Shown here: positions 24,721 through 35,520 of the stretch, piece after piece
How the letters are laid out: each line of letters opens with the position of its first letter
Position numbering within the stretch: position 1 is the first letter of the stretch
NCBI RefSeq assembly: GCF_001194135.2
Contig: NC_068992.1
Location: 879,064 to 916,843 of the forward strand
Origin: Octopus bimaculoides
Taxonomy: Eukaryota
Direction of reading: 5' to 3'
DNA: 37,780 bases
Notes under the pieces: generated by a model
Database searches by the model: none
What the model saw: the letters and a program-made list of their open reading frames with translations, nothing else
Told to the model about the DNA's origin: nothing
Position numbers and translations under genes: made by a program

Positions 24721-24734
24721 AACCCCACTAGTTT

Positions 24735-24950
24735 AGGCGGGGAGCGGGTCGAATTGTTAGCACGTCGGGCAAAGTGCTTAAAGGAAATTCATCTATCTTT
24801 ACGTTGTGCGTTCAAACTCTGCCGATGTCGACATTTCCTTTTATCCTTTAGCAGTCTACAAAATAAGTATCATTGAAGCACTGGGATCAGCGTAATCGAT
24901 TGGTCCCCTCTCACAAAACTTTAGTCCTTGCGCCTAGAGTTGAAATGTTC
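24735..24950 (+). mobile_element. SINE family A-related, diverged, tandem with the previous copy
   Basis: aggcggggagc head, gttagcacgtcgggcaaagtgctta, ttacgttgtgcgttcaaactctgccga, aaaataagta, gtaatcgatt; tail similar to 24521-24720. Confidence 0.82.
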
Positions 24951-24954
24951 ATTG

Positions 24955-25160
24955 GTCAACTGGTTAACAATTTAACTAATTAATTAATCAATTGTTTGAT
25001 TAATGGCTTGGTTACACAGATTTGGAATGGAAAGGTTACCATATTGTTAAGATTGTGAATGCGACGAATGGTCCCTAACGAACCTAAGCAATTGACCTAC
25101 TGACCTAACGATTAATCAAACAACCGATTAGTTAATTAGTTAAATGTTTATGTAGTTGAC
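24955..25160. mobile_element. MITE-like element with about 50-bp AT-rich TIRs and internal CCTAA-like repeats
   Basis: Left gtcaactggttaacaatttaactaattaattaatcaattgtttgattaat versus reverse complement of right end gtcaactacataaacatttaactaattaactaatcggttgtttgattaat. Confidence 0.8.
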
Positions 25161-25549
25161 TCAAAATATTGTCAAAAGTGAAATAGAAATCGTGCATGTG
25201 CTTAATACTGGTATAATGACCCCACAGAATACAACGAAACCTGTTTTAAAACAGGATTTTACATAAAGAAACTCGCAAACGAGCCAAATATAAAGCAACA
25301 TGATATGTTTCCTCAGCCAGAAACATAGACGTATACACAAAAATGGGTTGTTTCCCTTGGATGTTTAAGAATAATATATTAGTTATATGTGGTAGATATA
25401 AGAATCCCTTCCAATAATCTAATTATGTCACTAGTTTTCCAGACATGAGTTCTACTCACGTGACACGTTTCATCAAAATCGATAAGCGATGTCGGAGGAA
25501 TTAGACAACAACGTCACAAACAGACATACCCACAGATTTTCCACATATG

Positions 25550-25580
<31 letters not shown>

Positions 25581-26216
25581 NNNNNNNNNNNNNNNNNNNN
25601 NNNNNNNNNNNNNNNNNNNNNNNNNNNNNNNNNNNNNNNNNNNNNNNNNNNNNNNNNNNNNNNNNNNNNNNNNNNNNNNNNNNNNNNNNNNNNNNNNNNN
25701 NNNNNNNNNNNNNNNNNNNNNNNNNNNNNNNNNNNNNNNNNNNNNNNNNNNNNNNNNNNNNNNNNNNNNNNNNNNNNNNNNNNNNNNNNNNNNNNNNNNN
25801 NNNNNNNNNNNNNNNNNNNNNNNNNNNNNNNNNNNNNNNNNNNNNNNNNNNNNNNNNNNNNNNNNNNNNNNNNNNNNNNNNNNNNNNNNNNNNNNNNNNN
25901 NNNNNNNNNNNNNNNNNNNNNNNNNNNNNNNNNNNNNNNNNNNNNNNNNNNNNNNNNNNNNNNNNNNNNNNNNNNNNNNNNNNNNNNNNNNNNNNNNNNN
26001 NNNNNNNNNNNNNNNNNNNNNNNNNNNNNNNNNNNNNNNNNNNNNNNNNNNNNNNNNNNNNNNNNNNNNNNNNNNNNNNNNNNNNNNNNNNNNNNNNNNN
26101 NNNNNNNNNNNNNNNNNNNNNNNNNNNNNNNNNNNNNNNNNNNNNNNNNNNNNNNNNNNNNNNNNNNNNNNNNNNNNNNNNNNNNNNNNNNNNNNNNNNN
26201 NNNNNNNNNNNNNNNN
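25581..26216. other. Assembly gap flanked by (TA)n on both sides
   Basis: N run. Confidence 1.
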
Positions 26217-27124
26217 TATATATATATATATATATATATATGTTTGCATAGACTATCGTAGTGGTTTTGAATGAAAAATCGCGGAATTTCGTGACTTCCA
26301 TTTTCTGTCTCATACATATTTTTATATAAAATGTATGGATACAAAGGGCTTCTTGAAGTAAATTCAATGGTTATGCCGCCATACAGTTGCTGACATAAGA
26401 TAGCCGAATACTGACGAAGGCTTCACACTATAAGGTGTATACCCGAATATAAAGTTATTACTCATATACATACATATATACATACACCCATATTCACACA
26501 CACATATATATAGATATATATATATATACACACATACATATAAGTACATGTATATGGAGGGACTAGATAAAATGTCAGTCATTTAAAATTAGTGAAGCTG
26601 AAGGAATGAATAGTGCGAGGAACTAAGAGTTAATGAGAATACAAGAAGCTACAGTGTGTATTGTAATTAGTTGCATTAACGTCTTTCGTCGTAGATAGAT
26701 GAACTGTTTATAATGAGATACGGAATTATGCTTGCGAGTATATCCCAAGGGTTAACGATTGAAATCTTTTATTCTATTGACTACAAAAAGAAAATAATTA
26801 ATTTTGTAGTAGATGTGTTCAATAACTGAGGAATTTGTCTGCCACTAATATTTTATTGATCTAAATCAATATCTAATTAATCTAAAGCACTAATATAATA
26901 GAGAAGGAGAGCACAAAGCTAAAGGCACTAATGCTTATATTATCAAACCTGCTGTTGTCCACCACCCCTTCCCTCCATTTATAGATAACAAAACAAATTA
27001 CCCGATATATACACAGTTTTACACAACTATTACACACACGTCCTTACATACATATGCATAAATATATACACACACTTATATACATACATAAATATGCATA
27101 CATATAAACACACACACACACACA

Positions 27125-27172
<48 letters not shown>

Positions 27173-27569
27173 TATATAGATACAGTTTATTTTTCCGTTA
27201 AGGTAAGACCAACAAGAATGTATTCTATCTGCTGAGAGATAGATATTATTAAATGTACATAATATATAGTGATTAGCTACTAGTAATTTCATACATCGGA
27301 GATATCATCTAGGCAGGTTTTAAAACACGCCTAGTGTCTCTAGGTAATCTTCAAGCTCTGGAAACATGACCTATACAAGTTACACATCAGGACAATAGAA
27401 GAGAAATCATGAGAGACAAAAAAAAAGACGCGATGAAGATGAGTTCATAATATGGACGGGTAAAAAGACAAAAATAAAGAATTACAGTTATGTACCTTTT
27501 GATCGTAGAGTCGTAAAGCTAGATGTTTTAGAATCAACGGAAAACGTTTAAATTCTGCCATACAGCTGC

Positions 27570-28690
27570 TCAATCCGGAGAGGGTGGTGTTCTCCAATTC
27601 GCTAAAAGAAACTTGTCCATTTGTTTGTATTTGCCGAAAATTTCTGATCTGAAATTCATTACTACGATGGAGTTCTTCGATCTAAAACGGATATTTCAGC
27701 TACGCATAACTTGCATCTTTTTGATCCATTAAGGTATGGCATGGATTTTTTTTCGATTTTCTTTTTGATCGTATGTAGCGTGAAGCGGGTAATGAAGGTC
27801 TTTATATATCTGTTGATGATCTTTCTACATTTGTGATTTTCTAGAAAATGCTTATCTAAATGACACAAGAATCTTTTACCTAATGACTTTTAATAGCTAA
27901 GGCAAAGAGGAGACCAAATACTTTTCCTAGGTCTATTCTTGAGCATATTTTTGTTATTCCTGTTATTATTAGAAATGTTGTAATACAACTTATCTTTGAG
28001 GCCTCTGTTAAGTAGAGCATTGTTATCATAGGTGGCTGCTTCATGAAAAGTTTCTTTCCAAGGAGAGACGTTGGACATCCTATTACTAATATTAGCTATG
28101 AGATTTTTAAACAAAATGGGGGGTGGGGGTGGCAACACTGTTTTGTGTATGGAGGAAAATTCCTCATTTCGTGCGTAAGCGAAAGCAGGGTATTGTAATC
28201 TTTCATCCTTGTGTGTTTGCAAAATTAGTGGAAAACCAAATTTGGCAGAAATACTCATTGTTTGAGTGACTCGTTCAATTAAATCAGTTCAATTAAAAAG
28301 CACGAATAAGTAACGCATTGTAAGCCAAACTATACTTTGGGGAAAAAATTACCTCTGCGCAGGGTATGCATCGCCCCTCCGAAGCCTTTTCTTTTTCATC
28401 GTATTTTACGGTTTCTAAGTATGGGAGTTTAAATCTGGGTAAACATCTAACAAATCAACTCATGACAGATTTATTGTGATAGCGATTTTGAAGCCGAATT
28501 GACTAAACGTAGTGAAGAGATTTCTCTCAAATTTACGAAGAGTGTGATAATCACAGCCATGAGAAATATTGATGCATCGTCTCGGTAGAATCCAACATCG
28601 TGGGATGTGTAATTGGATCTCAATATATTTAATATAAAGAAACCTACAAGAATGCAGATATCAGCAATTTTATCCGATCTCATCTATACA
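27570..28690 (-). mobile_element. Naiad-like PLE remnant (RT core to end of endonuclease) with internal deletions and one insertion
   Basis: ADICILVGFFILNIL..DVGFYRDD; FSQFGFKIAITINLS*VDLLDV; PPILFKNLIANISNRMSN..FHEAATYDNNALLNRG..RPRKSIW; HLDKHFLENHKCRKIINR; PYLNGSKRCKLCVAE; NFRSEIFGKYKQMDKFLLAN. Confidence 0.92.
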
Positions 28691-28712
28691 TCAAACAATT
28701 AATCTGATAAAT

Positions 28713-29115
28713 CGGATGGATTGCGAATTTCCCATGGCCGTGATAGTCACACTCTTGATAAATTTAGGAAAAACCTCATCGATACCTTTAGTTAATTATA
28801 CTTCAAAATTACTGTCACTACTAATCTGTCAAAAGTTGATATTTTTAGCTGCATCCCTAGATCTAAACTCTCGCTCTTATAGACTATACCATAAGTCCAT
28901 TGAAAAACATTTCTACATGCTCAGATTGTTCTGTTATCCTCCATAGCGTTTAAAAACCTGATAGATAACATTAGCAGAGGCCGAGAGCAGTCGCCAATTT
29001 TCAAAAACGGGTCTCTTCGAAGTACGAAGATATCAGATAGTAGTTCGATTACACAATATCCAGCTCTAAACCGATTGGTATTAATGGCTGTAACAGATCT
29101 GTGATATTGTATACT
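28713..29115 (+). mobile_element. Naiad-like PLE RT/thumb remnant, inverted relative to 27570-28690
   Basis: DGLRISHGRDSHTLDKFRKNLIDTFS*LYFKITVTTNLSKVD/FLAASLDLNSRSYRLYHKSIEKHFYM..PP; nucleotide similarity to the reverse complement of about 28440-28562. Confidence 0.9.
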
Positions 29116-30565
29116 TTCACACACACAGACACACACACATATAAAAACAAAGGCGTCTTCCTGAGATTACTTGTCATGTGAAAAAATAATGAGTCAAATT
29201 CCACACGGATCATAATCGAAGTTCTTATGATGGAAGGACGTACAAAATTAGGAGGTCTTCATGAGCGAATATACTGGATTATTACGATTCATTAGCTGTT
29301 GACGGTTCTTTGCTCCACCAACAACGCCATAGATCAAAACACCAGAGCAAAAATAAGTACACGAATAGAATTAGTTTTGAACGACAGGTTCATTTCTCGC
29401 CGCAATTAGATAATAAGAGAGAGAATGAAAGAGAGAAAAAAGAGGAAAGAGGAGAGAGGGATGTGTAGGAGACGAAGAAGATGATTAAAAGAACAATTTG
29501 GTAAAGTGAAGTGTGTACCTGGAGGTTTTCAGACTGTCTACAAATCATTATGAACATCATTAAACTGCTTGCGGGAGCTGACACATATATGACGTCTGAC
29601 TCCATATATTGAAATTTACGTTTTCCCATTCATACAATATATGAGATATCAGCGGAGCGATAAATATGGTATATGAAAGTAAACTATTAGGTCAAGTGAC
29701 TCATTATTTCCTTGTATAGAGTTAGACTATTTGCAACATATCATCCATAAGGACGCCATTAAACTCCGATGTAAAAACCATAATCATTTGCTATATTTTA
29801 TGTTTAAGTAATTTAAATTTGACACGAGTTGTAAAAATAAGAGTAAGACAATGACAAAGTTGTTACGATATATGAAAAGAGATACTGTTTTTTCTTCAAA
29901 ACTTAATATGATATATGATGTATACATATAAAAATAAAAATGCTAAGATATTTAAAAAAAAATTATATAAGAGAAAAATTTCTTAAGCAAAATAAAATCA
30001 ATAAGATTTTAACTTCGGTAGACTTTTTTTCTTCTCATTTCTTATTTCTATATGTATTACAAACTAGATATTTATCACACTCTCTTGTAAAATATCTCAA
30101 GAGAGAAGAAAGTGAAGAAAAAATAGCAAACAACACTTAATACACACACACACACACACACATATGTATATGTATATATGTATATACATATATATATGTG
30201 TGTGTGTGTGTATCTGTCTGTATGTATGATTGTATATATGCTGTCTATCTGTCTCTATATATGATTGTATGTATGTATGTATGTATGTGTCTGCGTGCGC
30301 GTGTGCGCGGAAAGTAAATAATATTTTTCACAGTAACTTGTTTTGTATATATTACAAGACAATAATTAAAGTTTATATATGAAAAAATATCTTTAATGAA
30401 GGTTAAGCAAAACTTTCTTAAATTCTTTGAACTGTTCTATTCAGTTTTTGTATTTAAATATCATTTTCATATTTAAAATGATTACTACTATTTCAAGATT
30501 ATATGTTTCCGATCAAATACAAACGCACGCACGCATGCACGCACGCATGCACGCACGCACACACC

Positions 30566-30601
<36 letters not shown>

Positions 30602-30984
30602 CACGCACGGACGCCCTCCCCCCACTCTCACACACACGTACACACAGACACACATATGTATGTAAATAAGTAAGTATATATATATGTATGCATGCATGTA
30701 TGCGTGTTTGTGTATGTATAAATGTATGCATATGTGTACGTTTGTATGTATTCTGCATATTCACGTTTGTGCTTGTGTGTTTTTATGTGTGTGTATGTGT
30801 GATTGCCTGTACATATTATCTACGCACCTATCCATCTCTACGTCTATCTGTTTAGTTTCGTATCCATTACCTGCATACACACACACACACATACACACAC
30901 ACACACACATACACACACACACATACATGCATCTACATAACAGCCCACTAACTATTGTACCTGTATACATATAAACTGTGGGTA

Positions 30985-31800
30985 TAATTATCTACAACGT
31001 ATATTTCCTATTTACTACTGGGGATGTTTTATTTATGAGGACGTACTCCTGTATTTGTCTGAGTGTTGGGTCCTTTAGGTGCTTGGATACAATGCAGATG
31101 TCAAGTTGACCCAGGTTGCCTCCATGTTGGTCATTGGAGTGTTGGTAGAGTATGGAGGACTGTTTTTTTATCGTTGTATTGTCTCAAATGTTCATTTAGT
31201 CATTCCGCATTGCTCCTAGACGTCTCCCCCATGTATGTCATGTTCATGTCTTTACAAGCACCTTCTATGCTTCTTATACAGTAGACTACATTTCTAGTTC
31301 TACAGGTAATGCCAGGGCTAATCCTAGATACCATGTAGTTATCATTGGTGCATAAGGTATTCTCAAAGGGGTGCGCCGTACATAGTTGCGACCTGATGAA
31401 GTCCCTGGCTTTTCAACAATCATAACGTTGAATTCGGTCACCTTCAGAGTTTTCTTAAATCTACAGGGTAGTCCTCCATGGGCTGTGGCCTCTACAAACA
31501 TTACTCCTTGATATTTGTCGGTTTTGTCCCACGAGTTCCCTCTGTTTGCTTTCTTACAAGCTGTGTGTATTCTATTCCAGTCTTTGCTTCTACTTCTATA
31601 TCTAGGGCAGGGACCATTGGTTTCATTACATATAATGCTATCTAACTTCTCTCTAGCACCGCTGTATACTCGAACCCTATCTTTCTGATCATATCCAGAG
31701 AATTGCATGTGGTGCATGCAGTTCAGTACAAGTTTTTTCGTTTCATACGGTTTGCATAGTGGGGACATGTTGTTCATTATCCTAAGTCTGCTATCAGTAT
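30985..31800 (-). mobile_element. Penelope-like element 3' part (thumb, Cys linker, GIY-YIG endonuclease) of a distinct lineage, lightly decayed
   Basis: ORF 31286..31867 (MQFSGYDQKDRVRVYSG..PRYRS..SWDKTDKYQGVMFVEATAHGGL..IVEKPGTS), then after a frameshift CTNDNYMVS..CRTRNVVYCIRS..TYMGETSRSNAE*LNEH and HSNDQHGG..DPTLRQIQEYVLI..VNRK. Confidence 0.9.
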
Positions 31801-31830
31801 CTTCTTCTTCTTCTTCTTCTTCTTCTTCTT
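31799..31830. repeat. (CTT)n microsatellite at the 5' break of the PLE
   Basis: Direct reading. Confidence 0.95.
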
Positions 31831-31992
31831 TGCTTGCCAAGAATTCCCAACGACCTCGAACCCACAAGAGAAAACAAGAGTGACAGAAACAGGCAGAAAC
31901 AAGGAAAATGCCCCTTGTATTTGAATATTATGCAAATATTCTTTTAAAATACTTTTCATTTAATTTTTCCAAAATTTAATTGTTTTCCACAC

Positions 31993-32034
31993 TTACAGTT
32001 GGAAAAGTCTCAATGACCGAAACCGGTACTGAAA
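31993..32034 (+). ncRNA. Decayed minimal type I hammerhead ribozyme relic
   Basis: Stem I ttacag/ctgaaa (5 of 6 pairs); core ttggaaa (three transitions from CUGAAGA); stem II agtc-tcaat-gacc; GAAA; palindromic ACCGGT stem III; GUA cleavage triplet. Confidence 0.65.
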
Positions 32035-32129
32035 TGTTTTTTAAAAAATTATTTTAACATTTTCTACCTTGACTTTTTTTCCAGATATATATATCGACTC
32101 TTGCGTTCCTTTTCAACATTCTACGCGCG

Positions 32130-32249
<120 letters not shown>

Positions 32250-32328
32250 TATATATATATATACAAAAAGGTTTGTCGGTTTTATATACATATATATATA
32301 TATATGTATATATGTGCATTTTGTTTGT

Positions 32329-32472
32329 CCACCACCATCACTTGACAACCGATGTCGGTGTGTTTACGTCCCTGTAACTTAGCAGTTCAGCAAGACATCT
32401 CAGTAGAATAAGTACTCGGTTTTCAAAGAATAGATCCTGGGATAGATTTGTTCGACAAAAGGCGGTGGTTCC
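32329..32472 (+). mobile_element. Probable 3' portion of another SINE
   Basis: cttgacaaccgatgtcggtgtgtttacgtccctgtaacttagc..agaataagtac..gatttgttcgac.aaaggcggtg resembles an abundant octopus SINE tail as recalled; contains the aataagtac motif of family A. Confidence 0.6.
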
Positions 32473-32885
32473 ACACACTCATACTCACATATACAAGTAT
32501 TTACTTAGATACATATACGTATACGTCTACATATATTTATATGTACATAAGTGTTTTTTCTACATCCTCACGCACACCCACATATATAAGTATAACATAT
32601 GCACATTGAGACATACATATGCATTTATATCTGTGCATATATATTTATTTACATATACACTCCCGCGTACAAACAGCTATATTCAAGGTGTATAATCTCG
32701 CATCTTCATATATATATATCTAGATATTTACTCTTCCACGTACACATAGCTATATATTCGTACGTACATACGGCAGTGTATCTTTTCAGGGGCACATATG
32801 TATCTAGTAGTACACTGTCTGCCATACATGCTGATAGTTACGTCGGACACACGCACACAGTCCCATGGTTTCATAAATAATTCGA

Positions 32886-33160
32886 CAATAATCTCAATAC
32901 ATATGGTATAAACTGGAATTACACAGATAGTTAGTAGTTACTGCTTGAATAAACAATCAATAATTGTACATTCAAAATTCTACAATAATCTCAATGCATA
33001 ATGTGAAAGTTTGAATTACATTGAAGTTAGTAGGCACTGCTTAGATAAACATAATTGCACATATAAGATTCGAGTATGTTCTCAATACATATTGTATAAG
33101 TTGGGTTACATAAATAGTTAGTATGTAGTGCTTGGATAAACAGTCTATGATTGTATGGTC
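32886..33160. repeat. Diverged tandem repeat, three units of about 91-97 bp
   Basis: tctcaat.cata, ttaca, agttagta and tgctt.gataaaca recur; anchors at 32892, 32989 and 33080. Confidence 0.8.
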
Positions 33161-33409
33161 TTTCTATATGAGTGTGCGTTGGTATTTTTTCGTCGCACCG
33201 GAATCGATATTCAAGGACAAACATACGTATAGACAGGAAAGTGTACAACCAGTTTAAATGTCCACTTTGTTCAGTATAGTAGGCCCAAAGGTTTATTGCG
33301 TGGTGTATGTTCCAATGGTATATCGCATGATGTTTTCCCTTGGGGGTGCTTAAGTTATCTAGCTGTTAGGTTTTCTGTAATTAGAGTTTAATCATGATAT
33401 GCTATTCCT

Positions 33410-33745
33410 ATCGTATTGTGCAAACGTATGTTTTTTTGTATGCAAACGACTTATAAATCGCTTCGGAAATCTATCAATAATCCTACCCTTGGTCAACAAG
33501 ATGCATAATAATTCCTTGGAACATACTTGCCATTTCCTGGAAAGGATGATTATATGGACTGGCATGACTTATTATTAACTAAGTCAAGTCATATTTAATA
33601 TCCTCGTCTTTCATTTTCCAAACGAAATCAACCAGTGATGTCTAATGTCTCTTGTTTACTTTTTTGAAGCTAGCGATGCGGTTTCTTGAAAACGTCGGCA
33701 GATGCGCCGATGTACAGAGAAGAAATATGTACAGCGATTAGTATG
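33410..33745 (-). mobile_element. Naiad-like GIY-YIG endonuclease remnant
   Basis: LYIGASADVFKK/..ASFKKVNKRH*TSLVDFVWKMKDEDIKYDLT*LIISHASPYN/..QVCSKELLCIL..FRSDL; same layout as 7250-7690. Confidence 0.82.
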
Positions 33746-33769
33746 TGATCATGAATTAAAATATATACT

Positions 33770-34420
33770 AAGATCAAAGTTGTTTATGCGTTCATATTAA
33801 GCCACGTTTTGTATTTTTCAATGAACAAATTTTCTTTATTTAAACTTTTTTTGTATAGAAATTGTTTCTTTGCACTGGCATGTAGCGTGGTTCTCCGTCT
33901 GAGTGTCATAATTGACTGTCTTACATAGTTATGTCCACAACCTGAGCTAGTTATAGCATAAATAAGATTCTCAGAAGCACAAGTGAAGTTGGTTTTAATT
34001 GTGAACCTCTTTCCCTGTTTGAATAGGAATTCCGAGCCTTCCAGTAGGTTGGAGCATCTTCCACAGTTTGGGTGGCCACCTTTTTCATCCGTTGGCTTCG
34101 TAGTTGTTGTGTAAATTTTCGCATTTGTTAGTAATCTTTTTAGCGATTTGTGTTGCTTTTTGCAATTGATGAATTTATGTTTTCAGAATTTTCAATTTTG
34201 GATCTCTAGTTAGCATAGGTAGATTTTGTACAATAGAATTCTGTTGTATGAATCATAGTTTCTACGGTTTTGAGCTGATACATAGAGTAGTATTTTGAGA
34301 TTAGGCATGGTGTTACGTTTTGCTGCCCTTAGTATTTGAATGTGTAACTTCTTAGCATGCTTAATTCCACTGCCTATAAGTGAGGGTGGTTAAGTTTTTC
34401 AGTTAGTGTAGTTCTGAAGT
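33770..34420 (-). mobile_element. Neptune-like PLE 3' remnant (linker, Cys knuckle, GIY-YIG)
   Basis: PPSLIGSGIKHAKK..ILLYVSAQN..NLPMLTRD..KQHKSLKRLLTNA..HPNCGRCSNLLEGSEFLFKQG/FTIKTNFTCASENLIYAITSSGCGHNYVRQS..LRRRTTLH..KENLFIEKYKTWLN. Confidence 0.88.
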
Positions 34421-34814
34421 CTTGAAGAAGAAAACACACAGATATAAATATATGGTCGTCTCTTGTGACCTGTCAGTGAGTGACCAATGTTTTTGCACCT
34501 ATAAATCGGTTATCTGTATAGGCGACTCAACTCCATATGATTTACATGTGCGTGGGTGTGAAGGAGCGGAGGACGCGTTCATCTTATCGGATACAAGGAG
34601 AAGAATCTTCCGATCTCTGATTAGATGGATGCACCCAACGCGGCTTCTGAAGTCGCACAAAGTTGAATCAAACTTTTATGAAAAATATATGCAACTCCTG
34701 CCAAACGTGTTGAATGCCACCTTCTTTCGTTTATCTCTTCAATCGTATACGTACATACATATATATATATATATATATGCATATATTCATTTACATACAG
34801 ACATACGAATATAG

Positions 34815-34888
34815 NNNNNNNNNNNNNNNNNNNNNNNNNNNNNNNNNNNNNNNNNNNNNNNNNNNNNNNNNNNNNNNNNNNNNNNNNN
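34815..34888. other. Assembly gap
   Basis: N run. Confidence 1.
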
Positions 34889-34931
34889 ATATATATATAT
34901 ATATACATATATATGAATATATATATATATG

Positions 34932-35009
<78 letters not shown>

Positions 35010-35417
35010 CATACTCACAGACTTGCATACATATGTATACCTGTGCGTTTTTATATGCATTCAGTTTTGTTACTATACCATGGTTCCTTATAGGCTTCTA
35101 TTAATCTTGTCTCAAACGAAGATATCAATCATATACCACCACAGAGATAGCGATGAGCGTGCTGATAATGTTCCCGATGATTTTGATGATATTGTTAAAG
35201 ATAATACATTGATTATCAAGATAAAGAGGAGAATATTTGTTGCAGCTGCTTGATAGTGGATAAGACTATAACACCCGCTTGGGTGCGTACGCGCACACAC
35301 ACATACACAAAACACACAGAAAACTACATATCTGTGTATACACATATTAATATGGGTGTATGACAATTCGGTATTGTTTTGACATATGCGTTTGTATGTA
35401 AATATATCATAGCAATG

Positions 35418-35520
<103 letters not shown>

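Noticed and set aside
31200-31202. TGA in the 31-kb PLE, and TGA at 36747-36749, as selenocysteine
   Set aside because: They fall at Arg or variable positions rather than Cys; ordinary nonsense decay explains them.
32886-33160. CRISPR array
   Set aside because: Whole units are similar with no unique spacers, and the context is eukaryotic.
34565-34605. Minus-strand atc-cgataa-gat-gaacgcgtc hammerhead-like motif
   Set aside because: No CUGANGA upstream, and GAAA is incomplete.
35105-35255. Acidic plus-strand / hydrophobic minus-strand ORF
   Set aside because: Degenerate (GAT)n sequence; no convincing splice-site pair.
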